The position numbers were made by a program, and so were the translations under genes. A stretch of 32,000 nt of DNA from Halalkalibacterium halodurans (GTDB taxonomy: Bacteria > Bacillota > Bacilli > Bacillales > Bacillaceae_D), in assembly GCF_004376175.1 (NCBI RefSeq), contig NZ_SNUY01000044.1:2645-34644 (forward strand). The letters run 5' to 3'. Every line of letters starts with the position of its first letter. The first letter of the stretch is position 1. Under the pieces are notes generated by a model that worked only from the letters and a program-made list of their open reading frames with translations, searched no databases and was not told where the DNA came from. Shown in pieces: positions 1-8,136 of the stretch.

Positions 1-258
1 AAGCCTACGGTGATTCCCTGTTAATAGAGCTCGCTGTAAAGTATAAGCATCTATTATATAAAGAGCACACGTTTTGTCCTGTAGATGATAATGCTTCACA
101 TTCCAATTATATGTATAGTGATCTTTAATGACGAGGATCGTTATGTTGAATCGATCAGTTACGTGTATTTTCGAAGGTTCACTCTCCATAACAAGAATGG
201 CTAATGTATCACTTTCAGCAGCTCGATCTTGATAAAGTGCCCTTACCAAATCATCCAT
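1..258 (-). CDS. N-terminal 86 codons of a YgxA-like (nucleotidyltransferase-like) protein; the rest lies beyond the window start
   Basis: ATG at 258..256 is preceded by AAGGGGGAAGGG. The frame stays open to position 1 (MDDLVRALYQDRAAESDTLAILVMES...). It is absent from the ORF track because it is truncated by the window edge. It sits divergent to ygzB, as ygxA does in B. subtilis. Confidence 0.5.
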   Translation of the reverse strand, partial: MDDLVRALYQDRAAESDTLAILVMESEPSKIHVTDRFNITILVIKDHYTYNWNVKHYHLQDKTCALYIIDAYTLQRALLTGNHRRL

Positions 259-412
259 TACCCTTCCCCCTTCTCTCTATACTTCAACACTTTAGTTCGA
301 CAAAAACAGCAAAAATCCTTTCTTTTTTGTCTTTTTTCATCAGACAGACGCATCTAACTTATGCATAGCCTTTCTTTACTATGCTATACTGTCATCTAGG
401 AGGGACATGTCT

Positions 413-778
413 ATGGGAATTAAATATTCAAATAAAATAAATAAAATACGAACATTTGCTTTATCGTTAGTGTTTCTCGGGATCCTTGTCATGTACATTG
501 GGATTTTCTTCCGCACCCATGAGGTCATCATGGTGTTAGCCATGATCTTAGGCTTTCTCTGTATTATTGCAAGCACTGCTGTTTACTTCTGGATCGGAAT
601 GATCTCCACACGCGCTATTCCCGTTGTATGCCCTGAATGCAGGAAACCAACAAAAGTACTTGGTCGGGTTGATGCTTGCATGCATTGTGACCAGCCGCTC
701 ACACTCGATCGAAGCTTAGAAGGCAAGGAATTTGACGAAAAATACAATCTAAAAGGCAAAAAAAGAGTTGATGGCTAA
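413..778 (+). CDS. ygzB: UPF0295 membrane protein YgzB, with two TM helices and a C-terminal CPEC...CMHC zinc-ribbon-like motif
   Basis: Sequence [18 protein letters not shown]... matches my memory of B. subtilis YgzB, and the gene is adjacent to perR. I chose the second ATG (413) because GGAGGG at 399..404 lies 8 nt upstream of it but only 2 nt from the ATG at 407. Confidence 0.8.
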   Translation: MGIKYSNKINKIRTFALSLVFLGILVMYIGIFFRTHEVIMVLAMILGFLCIIASTAVYFWIGMISTRAIPVVCPECRKPTKVLGRVDACMHCDQPLTLDRSLEGKEFDEKYNLKGKKRVDG

Positions 779-795
779 TATCATCAACTCTTTTT
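761..795. terminator. Bidirectional rho-independent terminator between convergent ygzB and perR
   Basis: The stem is aaaagagttgatg / catcaactctttt, with an A-run on the left and a T-run on the right. It overlaps the ygzB stop codon. Confidence 0.6.
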
Positions 796-819
796 AAATG
801 AGAATCGAAAGAAATCCGA

Positions 820-1257
820 TTAATGCTGGCTTTTCTTTTGACAGTCAGGACAAATCCCGTAGATCTCCATTCTGTGACTACTCACTTTGAAACCTGTCAC
901 ATGTTCAGCCAGAGTCTCCACTTCATCAAGTCCTGGATAATGGAAGTCAACAATTTTGCCGCACTCTTCACAGATAACGTGATAATGATCTGATGTGACA
1001 CAATCAAATCGGCTTGACGAATCACCGTATGTTAATTCCTTAACGATTCCAGCTTCCTTGAAAACACGGAGGTTGTTGTAAACGGTCGCAACACTCATGT
1101 TTGGAAATCGACCTTCCAATGCTTTATAAATCTCATCCGCTGTTGGATGAGTCAGCGATTCAAATAAATATTCCAAAATGGCATGACGTTGAGGGGTCAT
1201 GCGAACCCGCGTTGTTTTCAATGCTTCAATTGCACCTTGTAAACGGTGATTAGACAT
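820..1257 (-). CDS. perR: Peroxide-responsive Fur-family repressor PerR
   Basis: Near-identical blocks to B. subtilis PerR are present: [56 protein letters not shown], plus the C-terminal CPDC. The start is set at the ATG 7 nt after GAGGTG; the track start at 1278 looks like an upstream extension. Confidence 0.9.
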   Translation of the reverse strand: MSNHRLQGAIEALKTTRVRMTPQRHAILEYLFESLTHPTADEIYKALEGRFPNMSVATVYNNLRVFKEAGIVKELTYGDSSSRFDCVTSDHYHVICEECGKIVDFHYPGLDEVETLAEHVTGFKVSSHRMEIYGICPDCQKKSQH

Positions 1258-1296
1258 CGTCATGCACCTCACTTTCAAGAAAAAAACATTCTTACA

Positions 1297-1311
1297 TTAT
1301 AATCTTTATAA
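1297..1311 (-). promoter_or_regulatory. Candidate Per box (PerR autoregulatory operator) overlapping a TATAAT -10 element
   Basis: The plus-strand sequence ttataatctttataa matches the remembered Per box consensus TTATAATNATTATAA at 14 of 15 positions. It lies about 40 nt upstream of the perR start. Confidence 0.55.
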
Positions 1312-1343
1312 ATAGTATAGTATGAAGCCGATATTATTGTCAA

Positions 1344-1640
1344 TTAAGTCGTTAAAAAGAGCGGTGCTGTATCTTTTACATCTAGTAAAAAGGATGTGTA
1401 TCGATGCGCTTGCTTGTTTTTCCGTTGTTTTCTTTCTTCCACAACGGCGCACGCTTCCTTCAAAGCAGAGCGAAGAGCGGGGAGGTCATCTTCTTCTAAA
1501 CCGAAGAGAAACGTAGTATTCCCTTTTTTCATGAAGCCTCCGGAGCTCGCGAGTTCAGTCATACGATACCCCTTGTCTCGAAGCTGTTTTTCAACCTCAT
1601 CTGCATAAAAATTATCAATGATACAAATGAGCAGTTTCAT
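1344..1640 (-). CDS. PII-like DUF970 protein of the DarA/PstA/YaaQ family of cyclic-di-AMP receptors; a short paralogue
   Basis: The N-terminal 60 aa align by eye with B. subtilis DarA: MKLLICIID.., and TELASSGGFMKKGNTTFLFG against [26 protein letters not shown] SD lies upstream. The C-terminal half is shorter and divergent. Confidence 0.65.
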   Translation of the reverse strand: MKLLICIIDNFYADEVEKQLRDKGYRMTELASSGGFMKKGNTTFLFGLEEDDLPALRSALKEACAVVEERKQRKNKQAHRYTSFLLDVKDTAPLFLTT

Positions 1641-1663
1641 TATATATGCACCTCACCTCTAGT

Positions 1664-2623
1664 TTAATACCCTTCATCTAAGTTTATTCGGTTGATGAGA
1701 GGAGGGTTCCCTGCTAAGAACGAATCGAAATTTTCCCGAAAAATAGCGAATGCGCGCGGCTGGTATTGACGAGAGATCCCCGACAAGTGCGGCGTTACCG
1801 TTACAGAATCCATCGTCCAAAATGGGTGGTTTTCTTCAAGCGGTTCCTCTTCGAAAACGTCGAGAACAGCATGGGAAATCGCCTTTTCCTCTAATGCTTT
1901 TAGTAATTCTGTTTGTTTGACCGTTTTTCCTCTACCTATGTTAATGAAAACAGCAGAAGGCTTCATTAGCTGAAAACGTTCATATGTCATGAAGCCCTCT
2001 GTCTTTTTCGTAAAAGGTAGAACGGAAACGACAAAATCGGAATTCTTTAAAAGCGTATCAACAGAAGCAGGTGGAACGATTTGATCGAATGATGAAACCG
2101 TGCGCCCCGTAGAATTCATACCGATCGTTTTCATTCGAAATGCCTTCGCAAGTCTAGCGATTTCTTGTCCGATCGCACCAGCACCGAGAACTCCCACCGT
2201 TTGTCCATTAAGTTCAATCATCGGCACGCGTCTATCCCACGTCTGCTCTTGCTCTAAAGAAATGAGACGCTTCGCATTTCGCGCGACTTGCAGCATCATC
2301 GACAACGTATATTCAGCCATCGGTATTGCATGGATCCCCTTCGCATTTGTCACGATGATCCCTTTCTCTTTGATGGCTTGGAACGGAAGCTGTTCAACCC
2401 CTGCTGAGATAACCATAATCCATTTGAGCTTTTTCGCAGCCTGCAAATGCTCCTCTGTAACATCCTCACCATAGGTAATGAGAACATCAGCTTCTTCCAA
2501 AGCAGAGCCAACGATCTCCATCCGCTCAAAAAAATGAAAATGAACATTTGGATAATCGTCTAGTAACTCCTGCTGGATTTCGGGCCTAACACGAGCTGAA
2601 GATACAACGTTCATTCGCTTCAC
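1664..2623 (-). CDS. NAD-dependent D-isomer-specific 2-hydroxyacid dehydrogenase family protein
   Basis: Rossmann motif GVLGAGAIGQEIARLAK is present, together with the family-typical FINIGRG and TPHLSG blocks. The track start is a GTG; an ATG at 2614 is an alternative start. Confidence 0.8.
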   Translation of the reverse strand: MKRMNVVSSARVRPEIQQELLDDYPNVHFHFFERMEIVGSALEEADVLITYGEDVTEEHLQAAKKLKWIMVISAGVEQLPFQAIKEKGIIVTNAKGIHAIPMAEYTLSMMLQVARNAKRLISLEQEQTWDRRVPMIELNGQTVGVLGAGAIGQEIARLAKAFRMKTIGMNSTGRTVSSFDQIVPPASVDTLLKNSDFVVSVLPFTKKTEGFMTYERFQLMKPSAVFINIGRGKTVKQTELLKALEEKAISHAVLDVFEEEPLEENHPFWTMDSVTVTPHLSGISRQYQPRAFAIFRENFDSFLAGNPPLINRINLDEGY

Positions 2624-2635
2624 CGTTCCTATCGA

Positions 2636-3100
2636 TTATTCAAGGTTTTCTTTAATAAAGGCAAGCGCCTCTTCCACGTGGTCTTTCACACGCACTTTTC
2701 GCCATTCCTTCACTACTGTTCCATCTTTGTCGATCACAAAGGTTGAGCGCTCAATGCCCATATACTCTTTGCCGAAGTTTTTCTTTAGCTTCCAAACATC
2801 ATATTGCTGCGCCACCTTCGTATCTTCATCAGCCAAAAGCAAAAAGGGCAAGCTGTATTTTTCGATAAACTTTTTATGTCTTTCCACTGGATCTGGACTT
2901 ACGCCTAGAATTACGGTATTTAGCCCCTTAAAATCTTCAACCCGATCGCGAAAATCACACGCCTCTGTTGTGCATCCTGGTGTCATATCTTTTGGGTAGA
3001 AATAGAGCACAATGTTCTTACCTTTAAAATCGGATAATGATACTGTTTCTCCGTTACTAGCTGGAAGTGAAAAATCAGGTGCTTGTTTTCCTTCTAACAT
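2636..3100 (-). CDS. bcp: Thiol peroxidase Bcp (peroxiredoxin, YgaF homologue)
   Basis: The sequence contains GKNIVLYFYPKDMTPGCTTEAC, which carries the peroxidatic Cys. The start is set at ATG 3100..3098, 8 nt after AGGAGG. The 26 upstream codons in the track have no SD. Confidence 0.85.
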   Translation of the reverse strand: MLEGKQAPDFSLPASNGETVSLSDFKGKNIVLYFYPKDMTPGCTTEACDFRDRVEDFKGLNTVILGVSPDPVERHKKFIEKYSLPFLLLADEDTKVAQQYDVWKLKKNFGKEYMGIERSTFVIDKDGTVVKEWRKVRVKDHVEEALAFIKENLE

Positions 3101-3178
3101 GAAATCATTCCTCCTAGAGTATCGTTTTGCTTCTATAGTCTCCAATTTAAGCGTAACGAAACTTGCTCCTTCTGACAA

Positions 3179-3604
3179 CTATTGTGAGTGCTTTTCTCGC
3201 ATCATGACCGTCGACACAACAAAAGCAGCTGGGAGTAAGTACCCGAGCAATGCTTGCAGCAAAGCAACGTAGCGTCCAATCCCTATCGGAACATAATCCC
3301 CGTAACCAACCGTTAGCAAAGTGACTCCGCTAAAATAAACCGTTGTCTCGATAATGTCCCAAACCGATGCCATCGAACGGAAATCTACAGCTTGAATGAC
3401 TTGAAAACCTTGAAGCGATAACGATAAATAAACGACAGCAAAGGCGAGAATGACCGTCGTGTAAACGAAAATAAGCATGGTTAAATGATTGATCGAAAAG
3501 CGATAAATCCCCGATTGGGAGAAATAACGAACGAGGAGGACAACACTTAAAAAGATCGCCACCCCTGCCATAATCATAGCTCCAGCTAACAGCAATTGCT
3601 CCAT
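3179..3604 (-). CDS. Small potassium channel family protein (Ion_trans_2 pore domain, no RCK domain)
   Basis: K+ selectivity filter TVGYGD is present with a pore helix and flanking TM helices. The start is set at the ATG after GAGGTG (MEQLLLAG...). Confidence 0.75.
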   Translation of the reverse strand: MEQLLLAGAMIMAGVAIFLSVVLLVRYFSQSGIYRFSINHLTMLIFVYTTVILAFAVVYLSLSLQGFQVIQAVDFRSMASVWDIIETTVYFSGVTLLTVGYGDYVPIGIGRYVALLQALLGYLLPAAFVVSTVMMREKHSQ

Positions 3605-3709
3605 AAAAAACACCTCAGTCATATATATGGACTTGGGCAACTTTTTAGACAATTGCCTTTTGGATTTATGTCTGCAAGGAAACAGGGGTAGCGTTATCCT
3701 TCCATGAAG

Positions 3710-4321
3710 TTACGCGCCATGTTTTAACACTTTGTGTGAACGGAAAATGATCGTTACAATCACAAAGGCTAAAACCCCAAAGAAACAAGTTAGCATCATC
3801 GATTCTGGAAGGAAGACGGTTGCGATCATCATCAGTCCACCGATAAACATCTTAGCTGCCACCGGTCGAATCAATTGATTCCAACGTTTGGATGAAAGAG
3901 ACGATAGGGAGCTTTCATCGGTTATTGGCACGACAAACTTCGGCAATGTATTTGCAGCTGTCATTGTAACAATGCCTACACTGAGCGGAACAAGTAGCAA
4001 AAGGTTTAAATCATACCCGGAAACGTTTAAAAGGATCACACCGTGTATCGAAAAAACAACGGACAATACGCACAAAAAGATATTCTCCATTCCTTTTTTA
4101 TACCGTTCGTAAAAAGGCTTCAATGTTTCTATCCTTGGTAAAATGAGCACATTGATCCATAACAGCACCATGATGAACGGATGAAGAAACGCTGTCACCA
4201 CACCATAAAACCCGGCCTCTGTTCCGGCTAGTTGAAATAAATATACGTACACTCCCCAAATGAACGATGCTCCAATTAGTATAGCCATTAATTGTTGTCT
4301 CACCTTTTCTCCGCCTTTCAT
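3710..4321 (-). CDS. Polytopic membrane protein, candidate SdpI-like immunity or signal-transduction partner of the upstream ArsR/SdpR-like regulator
   Basis: It has about 6 predicted TM helices. Its ATG directly abuts the stop of the regulator (TAAATG). Resemblance to SdpI is only loose (W..R..AK..GG region). An alternative start exists at 4288. Confidence 0.45.
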   Translation of the reverse strand: MKGGEKVRQQLMAILIGASFIWGVYVYLFQLAGTEAGFYGVVTAFLHPFIMVLLWINVLILPRIETLKPFYERYKKGMENIFLCVLSVVFSIHGVILLNVSGYDLNLLLLVPLSVGIVTMTAANTLPKFVVPITDESSLSSLSSKRWNQLIRPVAAKMFIGGLMMIATVFLPESMMLTCFFGVLAFVIVTIIFRSHKVLKHGA

Positions 4322-4621
4322 TTATGTTTTTTTCGGTTCTATCCCAGTAGGTTGACGACCTTCTTTTTCTGTAAATCGCATCAGCCATTTCACCATTTCC
4401 TGAAGCACGGATGTATTTAATGAGTAGTAAACGTACTGGCCTTTTTTTTCGGCATGAACGAGCTCAGCGTTTTTCAACACGGTTAGATGCTGAGAAATAG
4501 CAGGTTTGCTCATATCAAATTGATCAGCAATTTCGCCCGCTGTTTTGTCACCCTCATTTAACAGATCCAATATTTTTCGCCGATTCATGTCGGCCAGCGC
4601 TTTGTAAATAGAAGGATTCAC
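4322..4621 (-). CDS. ArsR-family winged-helix repressor, SdpR-like autorepressor
   Basis: YKALADMNRRKILDLLNEGDKTAGEIADQFDMSKPAISQHLTVLKNAELV...KKGQYVYYSLNTSVL closely resembles B. subtilis SdpR as I remember it. It uses a GTG start after GAGGGTGGA. Confidence 0.8.
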   Translation of the reverse strand: MNPSIYKALADMNRRKILDLLNEGDKTAGEIADQFDMSKPAISQHLTVLKNAELVHAEKKGQYVYYSLNTSVLQEMVKWLMRFTEKEGRQPTGIEPKKT

Positions 4622-4641
4622 GATTCCACCCTCTCATTTAA

Positions 4642-4665
4642 TTATTTAAGCAATTACTTAAATAA
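4642..4665. promoter_or_regulatory. Perfect 9-6-9 inverted repeat, candidate operator of the SdpR-like repressor
   Basis: The sequence is TTATTTAAG-caatta-CTTAAATAA, 21 to 44 nt upstream of the regulator start codon. Confidence 0.45.
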
Positions 4666-4883
4666 AGGATACACAAATTTCCTTAGATTGTGAACCTTTT
4701 TTAAAAAATAATTATTAAAAGAAATCATTTTAAAGAGTTGCACTCACTGTTGGAAGAAAAAAGTGAGGGATGAACGAAGTAGAAGGAGTTGAACACTTCC
4801 TGCTTGACTGAGGAAAAAGGGTCTATGCGTCCAAATAATACGATTCGTCTGTTCCTGTTTCATTCCTCACCCGCCGTCAACGC

Positions 4884-5207
4884 TTAGCTTTCAAACCTTC
4901 TAAGCTCTTTTACTAAAGATAAAGCTATGTGCAGGTGTTTTTCATCTTCTAATTCCATGCATTCTTTTATAAGTGCTGCTTTCAAAGGCGTTGTATCATA
5001 AGGAGAGGGTACAACCAAAGACCATTCCACATTCAAAGCCTGTAATACCTTGTCCAACTTATTTACGCTTACATTGACTTCACCTCGCTCCAATTGGGCT
5101 AAATAATTTAATGTTACACCACTACGCTTCGACAATTCACTTAACGTCCATTTGTTTCCTTTCCGAAGACTACGGATTTGTGAACCAATATACTGGAGCG
5201 TACTCAT
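4884..5207 (-). CDS. XRE-family helix-turn-helix transcriptional regulator
   Basis: HTH_3-type motif IRSLRKGNKWTLSELSKRSGVTLNYLAQLERGE is present. The track start (5225) is TTG, so the first ATG (5207) is preferred. Confidence 0.7.
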   Translation of the reverse strand: MSTLQYIGSQIRSLRKGNKWTLSELSKRSGVTLNYLAQLERGEVNVSVNKLDKVLQALNVEWSLVVPSPYDTTPLKAALIKECMELEDEKHLHIALSLVKELRRFES

Positions 5208-5369
5208 GCCTACGTCAACTCCCAAAAATATTAATTTTTTCCATTATAACTGAATAACACTAATTTTACAATTAATAATGAATATTTTGATAGCTTGTCA
5301 ATGTTATTGCTTTCCTTCCTTTACTTATGGTTAGATACAGACAGACATTATAAATTTGGAGGTCAGAAC

Positions 5370-6674
5370 ATGAATCGTTCTCGATCAGAATCATTGTTTC
5401 AAAAAGCACAATCCTTGATTGTCGGGGGTGTGAACAGCCCCTCCCGTTCGTTCAAAGCAGTAGGCGGTGGAGCGCCTGTTTTTATGGAAAAGGCAAAAGG
5501 CGCTTACTTTTGGGATGTAGACGGAAATCAATATATTGACTACTTGGCCGCTTATGGCCCAATTATTACAGGGCACGCTCATCCCCATATTACGAACGCG
5601 ATTCAGCGAGCAGCGGAAAACGGCGTGCTCTATGGAACACCGACAAAGCTAGAAAACCAGTTTGCTAGCATGCTCCAACAAGCGATTCCTTCCTTAGAAA
5701 AAGTTCGTTTTGTGAACTCTGGAACAGAGGCTGTTATGACGACCATCCGTGTAGCAAGAGCATATACAGGCCGCGATAAAATCATTAAATTTGCTGGCTG
5801 TTACCACGGCCATTCCGATTTGGTTCTCGTTGCTGCAGGGTCTGGACCTTCTACGTTAGGAACACCCGATTCTGCTGGTGTCACGAAAAACATTGCCGAA
5901 GAAGTTATCACCGTTCCTTTTAATCAGCTTGATTCCTTAAAGGAGGCGCTCGATCATTGGGGTGAAGAAGTGGCAGCCGTTTTAGTTGAACCAATCGTCG
6001 GCAATTTTGGGATTGTTGAACCTCATGAAGGGTTCCTCGAAGGTGTGAATGAGCTTGCTCACAATGCTGGTGCTTTGGTCATATATGATGAGGTGATCAC
6101 TGCTTTTCGTTTCATGTATGGAGGCGCGCAAAACTATGTTGGGGTCGAGCCTGACATGACAGCCTTAGGAAAAATTATCGGTGGCGGCTTGCCGATTGGT
6201 GCCTATGGCGGGCGCATCGATATTATGGAGAAAGTGGCTCCCCTTGGACCAGCATACCAAGCAGGAACGATGGCAGGAAATCCAGCTTCAATGAGCGCCG
6301 GAATCGCATGCCTGGAAGTTCTTCAAGAAGAAGGCTTATATGATGAGTTGGACCGGAAAGGGGCAATTCTTGAAAAAGGGATTAAAGCCCATGCGGAAGC
6401 CCACGGCATCACGATTTCCATCAACCGGCTTAAAGGAGCGCTCACGGTTTATTTTACCGATGAGACAGTCACTTGCTACGAGCAAGCAGAACGATCAGAC
6501 GGAGAAAAATTCTCACTCTTTTTCAAAGAGATGTTAAATCAAGGAATAAACCTAGCTCCTTCAAAGTATGAAGCATGGTTTTTAACGATTGCTCATACTG
6601 ATGAGGATATTAAAAAGACCCTTCAGGCAGTTGATCATGCCTTTTCAGTGATGGCTGCCAAAGGCTATCATTAA
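5370..6674 (+). CDS. gsaB: Glutamate-1-semialdehyde 2,1-aminomutase 2
   Basis: Identity to B. subtilis GsaB as I remember it is high throughout ([61 protein letters not shown]). The ATG at 5370 lies 7 nt after GGAGG. The track TTG start at 5295 was rejected. Confidence 0.9.
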   Translation: MNRSRSESLFQKAQSLIVGGVNSPSRSFKAVGGGAPVFMEKAKGAYFWDVDGNQYIDYLAAYGPIITGHAHPHITNAIQRAAENGVLYGTPTKLENQFASMLQQAIPSLEKVRFVNSGTEAVMTTIRVARAYTGRDKIIKFAGCYHGHSDLVLVAAGSGPSTLGTPDSAGVTKNIAEEVITVPFNQLDSLKEALDHWGEEVAAVLVEPIVGNFGIVEPHEGFLEGVNELAHNAGALVIYDEVITAFRFMYGGAQNYVGVEPDMTALGKIIGGGLPIGAYGGRIDIMEKVAPLGPAYQAGTMAGNPASMSAGIACLEVLQEEGLYDELDRKGAILEKGIKAHAEAHGITISINRLKGALTVYFTDETVTCYEQAERSDGEKFSLFFKEMLNQGINLAPSKYEAWFLTIAHTDEDIKKTLQAVDHAFSVMAAKGYH

Positions 6675-6681
6675 AAAGGTG

Positions 6682-6718
6682 AATCCCCTTTGTAAACGCA
6701 CAGAGGGGATTATTTTTT
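6682..6718 (+). terminator. Rho-independent terminator of gsaB
   Basis: The stem aatcccct ... aggggatt is followed by attttttcg. Confidence 0.7.
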
Positions 6719-6905
6719 CGTAACATGCACCTCTCACCACTACTTCTCGGGAAAATTTTACTTTTCTTCACAAGAAAATCGTCAATACCCCCTTGATTCT
6801 CTTTCTCATACAGTGTATAGTACGTTCGTTACCAATTCCTCACCTGTGAATATAGGTGAACCACAACTAAGTTTTCTCTTCGAAAGCGAGGATATTTGAA
6901 TAAAA

Positions 6906-7988
6906 ATGAAACTCGGAGCTCGTATTTTTAAGACGGGTCTTGCTGTTATGTTATCCCTTTACTTGGCGATTTGGCTACAGTTCGATTCACCGGTCTTTGC
7001 TGCACTAACCGCGGCATTTGCTGTCCAACCGTCCATCTATCGGACATTCCAGACGATTTTGGATCAAGTTCAAGCAAATGTCATTGGCGCGATTATTGCT
7101 GTCATTTTTGCTGTGACTTTTGGGCACGAACCGTTTGTCATCGCCGTCGTCATTGTCATCACCATCGCCCTAATCTTAAAGCTTAAATTAGATACATCGA
7201 CAATCTCAATTGCACTTGTGACGATCATTGTTATTATGGAAAGCCCGGTCGAGAATTTTGTTGATTTTGCCACCGATCGCTTTCTACTGATAATGCTTGG
7301 GGTCGTTTCCGCCTTTCTCGTAAACCTTGTGTTTATCCCTCCGCGGTATGAGACGAAGCTGTATCATAAAATCGTAAAAAATACGGAGGATATTATCCAA
7401 TGGTTGATGCTTTTCATTCGCCGTGATGCAAATCCACAATCACTAAAAAAGGATTTATCGCGTTTGAATGAAAATTTAATAAAAATTGATCAGCTTTACC
7501 TTTTTTATAAGGAAGAGCGGAATTATTTCATCCGCACCCGCTATGCGAAAGCGAGAAAGATCGTGCTGTTCAGACAAATGGTGGCGACAACGAAAAAAGC
7601 GTTCACCGTACTAAAAAATCTTGAGCGTCGCTCTGATTACTTGCACTACCTACCGGATGAAACCCAAGCGTTGATCGAAAATCAACTCCATTTATTGACG
7701 ACGTATCATGATCGGATTTTGCTCCGTTATATCGGAAAGGTTAGTCCACAATGTGATCATCAAATTAACGATGAATTGAACGAAGGGAAGTCAGCTTTAA
7801 CAGACGCTTTCATGGCACATTATCAGGATGACAATGTGGATGCTGACGCTTGGTCCCACTTGCTGCCAGCGATTTCTCAACTAATTGAATATCAAGAACA
7901 GCTTGAGCATTTAGACCACCTCGTCGATAGCTTTTTCAATTACCATCAAAAAGCGAACAAAGTCCAAATTAATGAAATGGACGAATGA
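6906..7988 (+). CDS. ygaE: UPF0421 / aromatic-acid-exporter-like (FUSC-type) membrane protein, YgaE homologue
   Basis: The N-terminal half has multiple TM helices and the C-terminal half is a soluble coiled region. The position between gsaB and ygaD matches B. subtilis. The SD is weak. Confidence 0.65.
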   Translation: MKLGARIFKTGLAVMLSLYLAIWLQFDSPVFAALTAAFAVQPSIYRTFQTILDQVQANVIGAIIAVIFAVTFGHEPFVIAVVIVITIALILKLKLDTSTISIALVTIIVIMESPVENFVDFATDRFLLIMLGVVSAFLVNLVFIPPRYETKLYHKIVKNTEDIIQWLMLFIRRDANPQSLKKDLSRLNENLIKIDQLYLFYKEERNYFIRTRYAKARKIVLFRQMVATTKKAFTVLKNLERRSDYLHYLPDETQALIENQLHLLTTYHDRILLRYIGKVSPQCDHQINDELNEGKSALTDAFMAHYQDDNVDADAWSHLLPAISQLIEYQEQLEHLDHLVDSFFNYHQKANKVQINEMDE

Positions 7989-7992
7989 ACAT

Positions 7993-8025
7993 AAAAACCT
8001 CCTGCATTGTCGGCAGGAGGTTTTT
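7993..8025 (+). terminator. Rho-independent terminator of ygaE
   Basis: The sequence aaaaacctcctgc-attgtcg-gcaggaggttttt forms a hairpin with a T tail. Confidence 0.75.
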
Positions 8026-8136
8026 AGATATCAACTGCTCTGTATGTAGGGATAGAAGCAATCATCCCGTTCAGCCGATCCCCTTTTCATACCAACAAAG
8101 TGAAAGGGTCATTCCGACTCCTCCGCTTTGATTTGG

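Noticed and set aside
5295-5369. N-terminal extensions in the track for gsaB. Similar extensions occur for bcp (3101..3178), the K+ channel (3605..3652), ygaC (10601..10621), the yfhJ-like gene (19056..19109) and the GH4 gene (29094..29168).
   Set aside because: The extensions start at non-ATG or SD-less codons and add residues absent from homologues. Internal ATGs with well-spaced SD sequences match the expected N-termini.
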